From an uncultured bacterium (GTDB taxonomy: Bacteria; Bacteroidota; Ignavibacteria; Kapaibacteriales; UBA2268), in NCBI GenBank assembly GCA_942493235.1, contig OW818676.1, positions 345,584 through 409,583 of the forward strand: a stretch of DNA of 64,000 bases, read 5' to 3'. Made by a program: the position numbers and the translations under genes. Shown one piece after another: positions 48,257 to 59,126 of this stretch. Position 1 is the stretch's first letter. The number at the start of each line of letters is the position of its first letter. Below the pieces are notes generated by a model. It searched no databases, was not told the origin of the DNA, and worked only from the letters and a program-made list of their open reading frames with translations.

Positions 48257-50506
48257 ATGCAATTTTGGAAGTCAAAGAAAAAAGAACATGAATTTGAAAA
48301 TTATATAGTAGGTACTAATACAGAAAACGATTTGGCGTTATTGCTAAGCGAGTGTGATAAGAAATTTGCACATTATAATAAAGATCTTATAAAAAAGGCT
48401 TTTCATCTTTGTATTCAAGGTCATAAAAATCAGCTTCGTATGAGTGGGCAACCGTATTATACTCATCCATTGGAAGTTGCCAGAATAATAGTCAATGAAT
48501 TACCCATGGATGATATATCTGTTGCTGCTGCGTTACTTCACGACGTAGTTGATAATTCCGAATATTCTATTAACGACATCAGGCACGAATTCGGCGACAC
48601 AATTGCCGATATAGTGGACGGAATCAGCCAGATACAAGTGATAGAAAGTTATAATATAAAAGTAATAGAAAGCTACCGTAAGCTTTTGGTTTCTTGGTTT
48701 AAAGACGCTAGAATTATTCTAATTAAACTTGCCGATAGACTTCACAATATGCGTACTATAGAATTTCTTGACGAGTACAGGCAGCAAAAATTAGCCCGTG
48801 AGACTTTAGAGATTTATTCTCCTTTTGCTCATAGATTCGGTCTCGGTGTATTCAAATGGGAATTGGAGGACTTAGCATTTAAGGTACAGAACCGTGAAGA
48901 ATATGATAAGATATCCGATGCTATTCAGCTGACAAGAACTGAACGCCACGATTATATTAGAGCTTTTATAGAACCTATCAGGGCAAGATTAGACAGCAAT
49001 GAAATATTAAGTCGCAGAAAAATAGTTGCTGATATATTCGGCAGACCCAAGCATATTTATTCTATTTTTAATAAAACAATTTTACGCGACAAACCAATAG
49101 AAGAGCTATATGATTTATTTGCCGTTAGAATTGTATTAGATACTGATGATATTTCTACCTGCTATATAGTGCTTGGAATACTTTCGGAAATATTCAGACC
49201 CGTACCCGGCACTTTTAAAGACTATATAGCTGACCCTAAGAAAAACGGCTATCAATCAATTCATATAGCAGTTATCGGTATGGATAATAAACCGGTAGAG
49301 GTGCAGATACGCACACGAAAAATGCATGATTTCTCTGAAACCGGATTTGCAGCACATTTCAAATATAAGCCCGGCTATGTACCGACAGAATCAATTCTCG
49401 ATTCGAGTAATTTTGATGAATGGGTCGATATGGTGCGTAATATATTCGAAAATTATAACGGTACGAATGAAGAAAATCTATTTCAGTCAGTTAAAACTAA
49501 TTTCTTGATTGATGATATTACCGTATTTACTCCGACAAATGAATGCATTACTTTACCTAAAGAATCAACTCCTCTCGATTTTGCATATTCAATTCATTCT
49601 AATATCGGAAATAATTGCATTGGTGCTAAAGTTGGTGGTAAAATTGTACCCCTAAATCACCAATTGAAAAACGGTGACCAAATAGAAATACTAACTTCAA
49701 AAAATCAAAAGCCTGAAAAGAAATGGCTTAAATATGTAGTTACCCAAAGAGCGAAAAATTCCATAATTAAGGCACTTAAAGAAGATAGAACTGAATTTTT
49801 ATCCATCGGTGAATCTAAATGGGTCGATATGCAGAATGATTTTGAAATCAGATTGACAGATTCGGATTTCGTTAACTTAGTAAATAAACTTAAATATGAT
49901 TCTGGCGAAGAATTCTTTGTTGCTCTCGGAAAGCAAGATGTAGATATCGAATACATACATCATCATTTTTACGATAAGCTCAGCGAAATTAAAAGAAAAT
50001 TGATAGATGAAAAAAATGGAAATTCAATTAATACTGCCGATAAGGAAATTCAACTTAATGGCAATGGCAGTGCAAGACCGGTTATAAATGTCCCAATTAC
50101 ATATTCCGAATGCTGCTATCCGATACCAGGAGATAGAATAGTAGGCGAAATATTAGAAGATACCGAACTAAGAGTACATAGACGCTCTTGTAAGCAGATA
50201 GAGCAATATCTAAATCCTCCTCAAGCTAATATTATGAACTTAAATTGGGAATGGCTTCACAAAGACGAGTATAATGTTAAATTCAAAATATTAGCCGAAG
50301 CAAACGATGAAATACTGCCGCAATTAACCCAGTTAATGCTAAAGGAAGATAATATCCCGATTAGAGGCATCAATTTTGATAATGATAATGTAAAATTTGA
50401 AGGATTAATTACAATTACGATAAATAATTCAAAACAATTAGACGATTTGTTTGATAAAATACGTCTATTAGATGGAGTTAAAAAAATCGAAAGATTTAGT
50501 TTGTAA
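48257..50506 (+). CDS. relA: Bifunctional (p)ppGpp synthetase/hydrolase RelA/SpoT
   Basis: HD domain ('HPLEVARII...LLHDVVD'), RelA/SpoT synthetase domain, TGS and ACT-like C-terminus. 749 aa. Confidence 0.9.
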   Translation: MQFWKSKKKEHEFENYIVGTNTENDLALLLSECDKKFAHYNKDLIKKAFHLCIQGHKNQLRMSGQPYYTHPLEVARIIVNELPMDDISVAAALLHDVVDNSEYSINDIRHEFGDTIADIVDGISQIQVIESYNIKVIESYRKLLVSWFKDARIILIKLADRLHNMRTIEFLDEYRQQKLARETLEIYSPFAHRFGLGVFKWELEDLAFKVQNREEYDKISDAIQLTRTERHDYIRAFIEPIRARLDSNEILSRRKIVADIFGRPKHIYSIFNKTILRDKPIEELYDLFAVRIVLDTDDISTCYIVLGILSEIFRPVPGTFKDYIADPKKNGYQSIHIAVIGMDNKPVEVQIRTRKMHDFSETGFAAHFKYKPGYVPTESILDSSNFDEWVDMVRNIFENYNGTNEENLFQSVKTNFLIDDITVFTPTNECITLPKESTPLDFAYSIHSNIGNNCIGAKVGGKIVPLNHQLKNGDQIEILTSKNQKPEKKWLKYVVTQRAKNSIIKALKEDRTEFLSIGESKWVDMQNDFEIRLTDSDFVNLVNKLKYDSGEEFFVALGKQDVDIEYIHHHFYDKLSEIKRKLIDEKNGNSINTADKEIQLNGNGSARPVINVPITYSECCYPIPGDRIVGEILEDTELRVHRRSCKQIEQYLNPPQANIMNLNWEWLHKDEYNVKFKILAEANDEILPQLTQLMLKEDNIPIRGINFDNDNVKFEGLITITINNSKQLDDLFDKIRLLDGVKKIERFSL

Positions 50507-50527
50507 TTACCTTTTAAAGGATATGCT

Positions 50528-50869
50528 ATGAAAGCAAAATTTGGAATTATCGCAATAATACTGGCTATATTAATTAGTACAGTCAGCTATGCAAAAGACG
50601 TAAAAGAAGTAAAAATAAAGACAAGTGCTCAATGCGGAATGTGCAAAGAAGCTATTGAGAAAGCTGTCAATAAATTGGACGGTATCGAGAAGGTAAATCT
50701 TAATGTTGACACTAAGAATGCCGAAGTTAACTATGATGCCGAAAAAACAAATTTAGATAAAATCAAGAAGGCAATTAACCTTGCCGGATATGATGCCGAC
50801 GATACTAAAGCTGACCCCAAAGCATATAGGAAATTACCTAAATGCTGCAAAAAGGGCGGGCACAAGTAA
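50528..50869 (+). CDS. Secreted heavy-metal-associated (HMA) domain protein with C-terminal Cys/His tail
   Basis: Signal peptide. 'CGMC' metal-binding motif in a ferredoxin-like HMA fold. C-terminal 'PKCCKKGGHK'. Confidence 0.65.
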   Translation: MKAKFGIIAIILAILISTVSYAKDVKEVKIKTSAQCGMCKEAIEKAVNKLDGIEKVNLNVDTKNAEVNYDAEKTNLDKIKKAINLAGYDADDTKADPKAYRKLPKCCKKGGHK

Positions 50870-50878
50870 ATGATTTTA

Positions 50879-50899
50879 AAGGGGCGTTAAGCCCCTTCT
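50879..50899. terminator. Bidirectional terminator hairpin (aaggggc-gttaa-gcccctt plus T-run)
   Basis: Between convergent genes. Followed by CTTTTTATGTTTT. Confidence 0.55.
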
Positions 50900-50901
50900 T
50901 T

Positions 50902-51810
50902 TTATGTTTTGACCACCAAATCAATCAAACATTTTTCTAAATCAGCGAAATTATATTTAAATCCCGATTCAATAGCTTTTTGGGGTATTACCTTCTGGCT
51001 TGCCAATACTAATTCTGATGATTCGCCCATAAGGAACTTTATAATAAACGCCGGTGTATTAAATAATATCGGTTTATCTAATACTTTAGATGCAATAATA
51101 GCAAATTCTTTATAATTTATTGGATTAGGCGAGACGTAGTTAACTACTCCGGAAATATGATTTTCTATACTGAATTGCATTAGTCGGGCTAAATCTTCTA
51201 TATGTAGCCAAGGTAAATATTGCGTTCCAACACCTAAATATCCGCCGGCATAAAATTTAAACGGAGCGAGCATTTTCTGCAATGCACCGCCATCGCTACC
51301 CATTATAATCCCGAAGCGGGCAATTTGCAAGTTGTTTTTATTAAATATTACACTTGCAGTGTCTTCCCAAATTTTACACACATCAGAGAGAAAGCCATTG
51401 CCTTTTGTTGAATTCTCATTTAATTCTTCTGAATCTCTATCACCATAAAATCCGGTAGCAGATGCGTTAATTAGTTTAATGTCTTTACCGGACCTATTAA
51501 TAATTTCGATTATAGTTTTTGTAGTGCTAATCCTGCTTTTTAGAATTATTTCTTTATAGCTATTAGTCCATTTCTTGGCTCCAATACCTGCACCGGATAG
51601 ATTAATAATTATATCTTCGTCTTTCAAGTCTTTTATTAACTGGTTATCAGCTTGGCTCAGTGTATATGATTTCTTCAGAAACGGGATAGAGAGAAGAGTA
51701 CTATCAGGATTACGAGAAATAGCAGAAACATCATAATTACACATGGTGAAATACTCAGCTAAGTATTTACCGATAAATCCGCTTGCTCCAGAAATAATAA
51801 TTTTACACAT
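50902..51810 (-). CDS. NAD-dependent epimerase/dehydratase family protein (YfcH/SDR39U1-like, DUF1731 C-terminus)
   Basis: 'IIISGASGFIGKYL' Rossmann motif. ~300 aa. Confidence 0.7.
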   Translation of the reverse strand: MCKIIISGASGFIGKYLAEYFTMCNYDVSAISRNPDSTLLSIPFLKKSYTLSQADNQLIKDLKDEDIIINLSGAGIGAKKWTNSYKEIILKSRISTTKTIIEIINRSGKDIKLINASATGFYGDRDSEELNENSTKGNGFLSDVCKIWEDTASVIFNKNNLQIARFGIIMGSDGGALQKMLAPFKFYAGGYLGVGTQYLPWLHIEDLARLMQFSIENHISGVVNYVSPNPINYKEFAIIASKVLDKPILFNTPAFIIKFLMGESSELVLASQKVIPQKAIESGFKYNFADLEKCLIDLVVKT

Positions 51811-51971
51811 ATAGCACCATAATATTGTTTATTATATATTTAACGTAATTGTAGATATTTAATTTGAGATAAAAAGAAAAATTAAAACAATTTATTGAAA
51901 ATACGTCATACAAGGTATTAAATTTTATAGTAATTTTGTTGTTTTTAAATTGAAACATATTAAATAAACGA

Positions 51972-52388
51972 ATGAAAAAGACATTTGCAATAATAGTTAT
52001 CGCTACAGTTCTATATGGGTGTGAGCTGATAGATATAAGCAAAAAAGAAACGAAAAAGCATATTAATCTTACTCAGGGTTCACCAGTCGGCACAGTATGC
52101 TTATTTATGACAGAGTTAGATAGTAATAATTTAAAGGGTGCTACGGTATTGCTTGCTAACGAGACCGGTAAGCAATTACTTGCCGAAGATAAATATGATT
52201 TATATTACGAAATGGCTCGTTTAAATAGAATGATGAGATTTCAACCAATAACTGAAATTGTAACCGATACATTATCCGACACATCATTTCGAGTCTCGAT
52301 GTATGTTGATTATATTAAGCATTACAGCTTTCTGACTGAGAAAATTGAAAATCAATGGTATATAACTAATTATAAAACAAGTAATTAA
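51972..52388 (+). CDS. Lipoprotein, unknown function
   Basis: Lipobox 'VLYGC'. 138 aa. Confidence 0.5.
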   Translation: MKKTFAIIVIATVLYGCELIDISKKETKKHINLTQGSPVGTVCLFMTELDSNNLKGATVLLANETGKQLLAEDKYDLYYEMARLNRMMRFQPITEIVTDTLSDTSFRVSMYVDYIKHYSFLTEKIENQWYITNYKTSN

Positions 52389-52389
52389 T

Positions 52390-52650
52390 TTGATAAAAGA
52401 CTATTATAAAATATTGGGATTAGAGAGAACTGCTTCCGGCGATGACATTAAAAGAGCATATCTAAAGCTTATTCGCCAGTATCATCCTGACCTTGCAGGC
52501 ACTGAACCTGAAACTGTTGAAGCATTTCAAGAAATTGCCGAAGCCTACAGAGTATTGGGTAATTTAGATAATAGATTACGCTATAGTATATTGCTTAATA
52601 AAAAAGTCAGTATCCCCAAATACATTGATATAGAGAGCAAAGTAAAATAA
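52390..52650 (+). CDS. Small J-domain protein (DnaJ-like co-chaperone domain only)
   Basis: 'DYYKILGLERTASGDDIKRAYLKLIRQYHPD' with the HPD motif. TTG start 1 nt after the upstream stop. Confidence 0.6.
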   Translation: MIKDYYKILGLERTASGDDIKRAYLKLIRQYHPDLAGTEPETVEAFQEIAEAYRVLGNLDNRLRYSILLNKKVSIPKYIDIESKVK

Positions 52651-52804
52651 AATTTCAATCTTTCCTATTTGAGCAAGCAATTAATAATATTTGCTTTAGC
52701 ATTTCTAAATTTATTAGCAAATATAACAATACCCTCGCGAAAAACTGAGATTCGTGTTTTTACTATAAATTCCGAATATCATAAGTGATTATTTCCCCAC
52801 GCTT

Positions 52805-53003
52805 CAGAGGCTGTGTGAAAATCCATAAGGTTAATGATTTTACTAAAATTAGAATCCCTAAAAGGGTTGTTTGAGGTTGTCTAAAAGTAATAATATTTCC
52901 AAATCGTCATTCTGAGTGTAACGAAGAATCCAGATTTATCAATAAGTTAGCATTATCTGGATTCTTCACTTCGTTCAGAATGACAAATTTTAGACAGCCA
53001 CAT
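52805..53003. repeat. Family 1 repeat copy: B variant plus H hairpin (reverse orientation) with outer inverted arms
   Basis: ccccacgcttcagaggctgtgtgaaaat (52805-52832). H at 52905-52983. Outer arms gaggttgtctaaaag (52872-52886) and ttttagacagcc (52987-52998). Confidence 0.75.
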
Positions 53004-53090
53004 CAGAGACATTAAGTAGTCGTTATTAGTCAAATAAACGATTTAATCAAACGTTATTTGAGCAATGGGTTAACTAAATAAGCAATAATC

Positions 53091-53975
53091 CTACCTTCTG
53101 ACCACTTTATACTTTTTATTTTCGAGCAATTTAATAATTCCTTTATTACTAACTAAATGAGCCGCCCCTACAATTATGAAATATGAACCGTCGGTTTTTA
53201 AGTAATTATCAATTTTCTCTGTCATTTTAATATTGCGGGAGTCGAGCATTTCATAAGTGAATTTTTTACCAAGCTCGCTAGTGTCCTTCTTGTAATCGTT
53301 AAGGACTAATTCCTCAAGTAATTTAATATCGCCGGCATTCCAAGCATTTACCATAATGTCAATAGTACTATCGGTATCAATACCGGCACTTAGAGAATAC
53401 TCAATCAATTCATTTTCATATCCCTTAAATACATCGAATATTTTAAATTGAGAGCTGATTGTCTCCAATTCTAATTTTTCTTTATCTGCGGATTTATTAA
53501 CAAAATACATTTCTATTCCTTTGTCCGGATTTAGACCGGCTTTCATTGACTCAAGTTGCGAAACCATCAAGAATACGCCGGTAGGAGTAAGTTTTTTAAC
53601 GAACAATTCAGTCATCTGTTTAGAAGCAAAATAGTTAAGCAGCTTTTGATACGTGGTGTCAGAGATATAAGCTCGTAGGCTATCATTCTTTTTCAGGAAC
53701 ATATCAAATTTAATTTCAGCGGGGTCAATATTATCCATACGGATCTCGGTAACTAAATATTTACTTCGGGAAAATGAGTTTTCGATTGAAGTATCCAATG
53801 GGTACATATCATCTCTTCCGAAATGAATAGAGCCTAAAAGATATACTGTTGCTTTATTATTCTTTATCTCCCAGAAAAAATTATCTTTGGAGAAAGCAGC
53901 TTGAAAAAATAAAAAAAATTGAGATATAAATAAAATGGTATATAAATATTTGTTTCTTGTTTTCATATCAATCAC
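53091..53975 (-). CDS. TraB/GumN family protein (secreted)
   Basis: Signal peptide. 'VYLLGSIH' motif and overall TraB/GumN (PF01963) pattern. Confidence 0.65.
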   Translation of the reverse strand: MIDMKTRNKYLYTILFISQFFLFFQAAFSKDNFFWEIKNNKATVYLLGSIHFGRDDMYPLDTSIENSFSRSKYLVTEIRMDNIDPAEIKFDMFLKKNDSLRAYISDTTYQKLLNYFASKQMTELFVKKLTPTGVFLMVSQLESMKAGLNPDKGIEMYFVNKSADKEKLELETISSQFKIFDVFKGYENELIEYSLSAGIDTDSTIDIMVNAWNAGDIKLLEELVLNDYKKDTSELGKKFTYEMLDSRNIKMTEKIDNYLKTDGSYFIIVGAAHLVSNKGIIKLLENKKYKVVRR

Positions 53976-54065
53976 TTAAATAATGAAATAAATAGTTAAA
54001 TTTTACATTTAAGAATTACAAGTTACAAAAATATTTCAATATTTAAAAAAAAAGAAAATTGTTTC

Positions 54066-54096
54066 TTTGAGTTCTAAAAATAAATAATTATCTTTG
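54066..54096 (+). promoter_or_regulatory. Bacteroidetes-type promoter (TTTG-N19-TATCTTTG) upstream of atpD; flanked by a tctttgagtt direct repeat
   Basis: TTTG at 54066-54069, TATCTTTG at 54089-54096, ~85 nt upstream of the ATG. tctttgagtt occurs twice (54065-54074 and 54091-54100). Confidence 0.4.
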
Positions 54097-54170
54097 AGTT
54101 TCAGAAAGTATAAGCTGACTGAAATTAGATTTGAAATAAGTTCAATAAAATAAATTCATTACATAAATAA

Positions 54171-55586
<1,416 letters not shown>

Positions 55587-55662
55587 AGATAGATGGGTTT
55601 CGCTCTTTTCTATTTTGATAGTATCATTTACTGAGCGATATAACTGTAAGTATAAATATTTT

Positions 55663-55699
55663 AAGCTTAATATAAAGTTTGATTCTATATATTAAGCTT
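55663..55699 (+). other. Perfect 12-bp AT-rich hairpin (aagcttaatata-N11-tatattaagctt) in atpD-atpC spacer
   Basis: Seen in sequence. Sits in an unusually long 167-nt intergenic gap. Confidence 0.4.
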
Positions 55700-55753
55700 A
55701 AATTCAAGTTTTATTTAATTGATAGAATATTTATTCACTTAGAATAAAATAAT

Positions 55754-56167
55754 ATGCAAGATAAATTATTATTCGTAGAAATTATTACTCCGCAGTCTGT
55801 ATTATATTCAGGCAAAGCTTTGGCAGTATCTGTCCCCGGTACAGAATGTCCGTTTCAAGTATTGTACAATCATGCTGCAATAGTTTCTGCTTTAGACCCC
55901 GGCATCGTAATTATTAAAGACGAGAGCTCGGTAAATAAGTATTTCGCAAGCGATAGCGGATTTGTCGAAGTAAGAGATAACGTAGTTTCTATATTAGTTC
56001 AAGAGGCAGCAATTCCCTCGTCTATAGATATAGAAATGGAAAAGAAAGTTAGAGATGAGACATCAGTATTGCTTAACGCCGAGAAAAATGAGCAAGAACA
56101 AGACAAGCTTGCAAATAAATTGAAATTTATAGATAATAAAATAAAATCAGTTAATTATATATCTTAA
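55754..56167 (+). CDS. atpC: F0F1 ATP synthase subunit epsilon
   Basis: 137 aa. N-terminal beta-sandwich 'LFVEIITP...VLYSG' followed by a C-terminal helical hairpin. Immediately downstream of atpD. Confidence 0.85.
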   Translation: MQDKLLFVEIITPQSVLYSGKALAVSVPGTECPFQVLYNHAAIVSALDPGIVIIKDESSVNKYFASDSGFVEVRDNVVSILVQEAAIPSSIDIEMEKKVRDETSVLLNAEKNEQEQDKLANKLKFIDNKIKSVNYIS

Positions 56168-56268
56168 TTTATTTGTAAATTTGTAATTTTATAATTATGC
56201 ACGAATATAATTATTACAATATTGGGTACTTTAATATTGGTTTTTAATAAATATATATAAATATTAAA

Positions 56269-57735
56269 ATGGAAAATAAAATTCTATCAATGGGAATTAC
56301 TTATGACGATGTATTATTAGTACCGGCATATTCTACTGTTCTGCCGAGAGAAGCGTCGCTTAAGACTAAGCTTACTAAGAATATAGAGCTTAACATACCT
56401 CTGCTAAGTGCGGCTATGGATACCGTTACCGAATCCTCAATGGCTATAGCATTAGCTCGCGAGGGTGGGCTCGGAGTGCTACATAAAAATATGAGCATTA
56501 CCAAGCAGGCAGAATATGTTGATAGAGTTAAACGTTCCGAAAGCGGAATGATTCAAAAACCGATTACCCTAACTATTGATAAAAAAGTGCGTGATGCAAT
56601 TGAATTGATGAATAGATTCCATATTTCGGGAATTCCGATAGTTGACGATGCCCATAAATTAATAGGCATTGTAACTAATAGAGATTTAAGATTTAATCCT
56701 GACCCGAATATCTTAATTTCGGACATAATGACAAAAGAAAATTTAAGAACTGCACCGCTTGGCACTACTTTAGAAGAAGCCGAGCAGTTGCTCCAAAAAT
56801 ATAGAATTGAGAAATTGCCTGTAGTAGATGAATCATACAAACTTTGCGGATTGATTACTTTTAAAGATATTCAAAAAAAGAAACAGCACCCTTTAGCTTC
56901 TAAAGATGATATTGGCAGGTTAAGAGTAGGAGCTGCAGTAGGAATCTCTCCTGATACTTTAGAAAGGGTTGCCGCAATATATGATGCCGGTGTAGATGTG
57001 GTATTTGTTGATACAGCTCATGGTCATCATTATAATGTAATAGACATGGTGGCTAATATTAAAAAAGCTTATCCTGCTTTACCGGTTATAGCCGGAAATA
57101 TTGCTACAGCAAAAGCAGCTCAGACATTAATAGATAATGGTGCCGACGGTTTAAAAGTCGGTATTGGTCCGGGCTCTATCTGTACTACTCGTATTATTGC
57201 CGGTGTTGGGGTTCCCCAACTAACAGCAGTAATTCAAGTAGCTGAATTAGCAAGTAAATATGGAATTCCTATTATTGCCGACGGTGGTATTAAGCAGACC
57301 GGCGATGTATCAAAAGCTCTTGCTGCCGGAGCAGATACTGTTATGATTGGTTCGATGTTTGCCGGTCATGAAGAAAGCCCGGGAGAAAAATTACTTTACG
57401 AGGGCAGAGCTTATAAAATTTACCGAGGAATGGGTAGCGAAGGTGCTATGATGCAGGGTTCTGCAGATAGATATTTTCAAGATATGGAAGACGAAATCAC
57501 TAAATTGGTACCGGAAGGCATAGAGGGCAGAGTTCCTTTTAAAGGGACTGTGTCTGACACAATTTATCAAATTGTTGGTGGATTGCGTTCGGCAATGGGC
57601 TACTGCGGAGCTAAAACAATAAAGGATTTTAAAAAGAATGCCCAATTTATACAGATTTCACAAGCAGGCTTAAAAGAATCTCATCCCCACGATGTGATGA
57701 TTTCTAAAGAGTCGTCGAATTACTATGCAAAATAA
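56269..57735 (+). CDS. guaB: IMP dehydrogenase
   Basis: '[10 protein letters not shown]', tandem CBS domains, catalytic '[11 protein letters not shown]' loop. 488 aa. Confidence 0.95.
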   Translation: MENKILSMGITYDDVLLVPAYSTVLPREASLKTKLTKNIELNIPLLSAAMDTVTESSMAIALAREGGLGVLHKNMSITKQAEYVDRVKRSESGMIQKPITLTIDKKVRDAIELMNRFHISGIPIVDDAHKLIGIVTNRDLRFNPDPNILISDIMTKENLRTAPLGTTLEEAEQLLQKYRIEKLPVVDESYKLCGLITFKDIQKKKQHPLASKDDIGRLRVGAAVGISPDTLERVAAIYDAGVDVVFVDTAHGHHYNVIDMVANIKKAYPALPVIAGNIATAKAAQTLIDNGADGLKVGIGPGSICTTRIIAGVGVPQLTAVIQVAELASKYGIPIIADGGIKQTGDVSKALAAGADTVMIGSMFAGHEESPGEKLLYEGRAYKIYRGMGSEGAMMQGSADRYFQDMEDEITKLVPEGIEGRVPFKGTVSDTIYQIVGGLRSAMGYCGAKTIKDFKKNAQFIQISQAGLKESHPHDVMISKESSNYYAK

Positions 57736-57764
57736 TGATTGTTAAATAAATTGTACTTTTAGAA

Positions 57765-58901
57765 ATGGCAAATAAGATTATAGCTACGGAAAATGAAGAA
57801 TCGGCTTATCCAAAAAAAGTTGATTTTAGGCTTCAGCAAATAATGTTCAATATGGAAGATGCACTTAAAGTTGATTCATTAGCTGTTACGAATTTATCAA
57901 ATATCAGATATTTAACTAATTTCTCGGGTTCTGCCGCTATATTATTTATTGGTTACGATGAAATTCATTTTGTTACTGACGATAGATATGCTGAGCAAGT
58001 TAAAACCGAGCTTTATAAACTGCCAAAAATGAAAGTTCATATTTCTCGCGACCCTTGGTCTCTAATTAAAGAAAAGAAAATACTTAAAAATATTAATTCT
58101 ATGGCTTTTGAAGCTGATAAAATCCCTTATGGCGAAGCAGTGCTTACTCGTAATTTTCTGAGACCTATTAAGTTCAAACCAGCTACTATGCCTGTCGAGA
58201 CTTATACTCTGCCAAAATCCGAAGAGGAAATTGATTCAATTCAAAAGTCTTGCAGAATGAGCGAAAAGGTAATTGAAATAATTATGCCTATGCTCAAACC
58301 CGGCGTGTCGGAATATGATATTTATGCGGAAATTATATATCAATCGCGAAAGCTTGGCTCAGAGGGCGACCCATTTGATATTATAGTTGTTAGTGGCGAA
58401 CGTGGTGCATTAGTTCACGGCTCTCCCTCTACCAGAAAATTTAAAAAAGGCGATTTAGTTCTTATGGATTTCGGATGTATAGTTAACGGCTTTATTTCTG
58501 ATTTGAGCCGTACTTTTGCTGTCGGCAAAGCATCAAAAGAACAAAAACAGGTTTATAAACTCATAATTGAAGCTAAAGAAGCCGCTATTGCCGGCGTACG
58601 CCCGGGAATGAACGGCAAGCATGTAGATGCCTTTGCTCGCGATATTATTGCTAAAGCCGGTTTCGGTGAATACTTCCAGCATTCTCTTGGTCACGGGATT
58701 GGATTAGTTGCTCATGAGCAGCCTATACTCACTTTCAGACGAGATGACCAAATAGTCCCCGAGAACTGCTGTTTAGCTATTGAGCCCGGAATATATTTAC
58801 CCGATAAATTCGGTATTAGAGTAGAGGATAATATTGTTGTTACCAAGTCCGGTGGCAAACACTTGACTACAGCTCCCGAAGAATTAATAGTCATCGAATA
58901 A
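57765..58901 (+). CDS. M24-family Xaa-Pro aminopeptidase/prolidase
   Basis: Creatinase-like N-domain. C-terminal pita-bread fold with 'DFGCIVNGFISDLSRT', 'HSLGHGIGL' and 'EPG' metal-ligand motifs. Confidence 0.85.
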   Translation: MANKIIATENEESAYPKKVDFRLQQIMFNMEDALKVDSLAVTNLSNIRYLTNFSGSAAILFIGYDEIHFVTDDRYAEQVKTELYKLPKMKVHISRDPWSLIKEKKILKNINSMAFEADKIPYGEAVLTRNFLRPIKFKPATMPVETYTLPKSEEEIDSIQKSCRMSEKVIEIIMPMLKPGVSEYDIYAEIIYQSRKLGSEGDPFDIIVVSGERGALVHGSPSTRKFKKGDLVLMDFGCIVNGFISDLSRTFAVGKASKEQKQVYKLIIEAKEAAIAGVRPGMNGKHVDAFARDIIAKAGFGEYFQHSLGHGIGLVAHEQPILTFRRDDQIVPENCCLAIEPGIYLPDKFGIRVEDNIVVTKSGGKHLTTAPEELIVIE

Positions 58902-58905
58902 TTTC

Positions 58906-58945
58906 AAATAAGATAAAATAAGGGGTATATCCCCTTATTTTATCT
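58906..58945 (+). terminator. Rho-independent terminator (aaataagggg-tata-ccccttattt plus T-rich tail)
   Basis: Perfect 10-bp stem directly after the aminopeptidase stop. Confidence 0.65.
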
Positions 58946-59126
58946 AATTTATTTCATTTTAACAAAATAAATACTATCAGATAATCTCAATTGATTATTT
59001 AATTCTATTGTTTATAATGCCCGCCAGCCAAAGTAAATTATTTTAAATTATTAAATATAGAAAATATTTACTATATTGCATTTTATAATTATATAATCAC
59101 ATCTATTAAATTATGTTAGTAATAAT

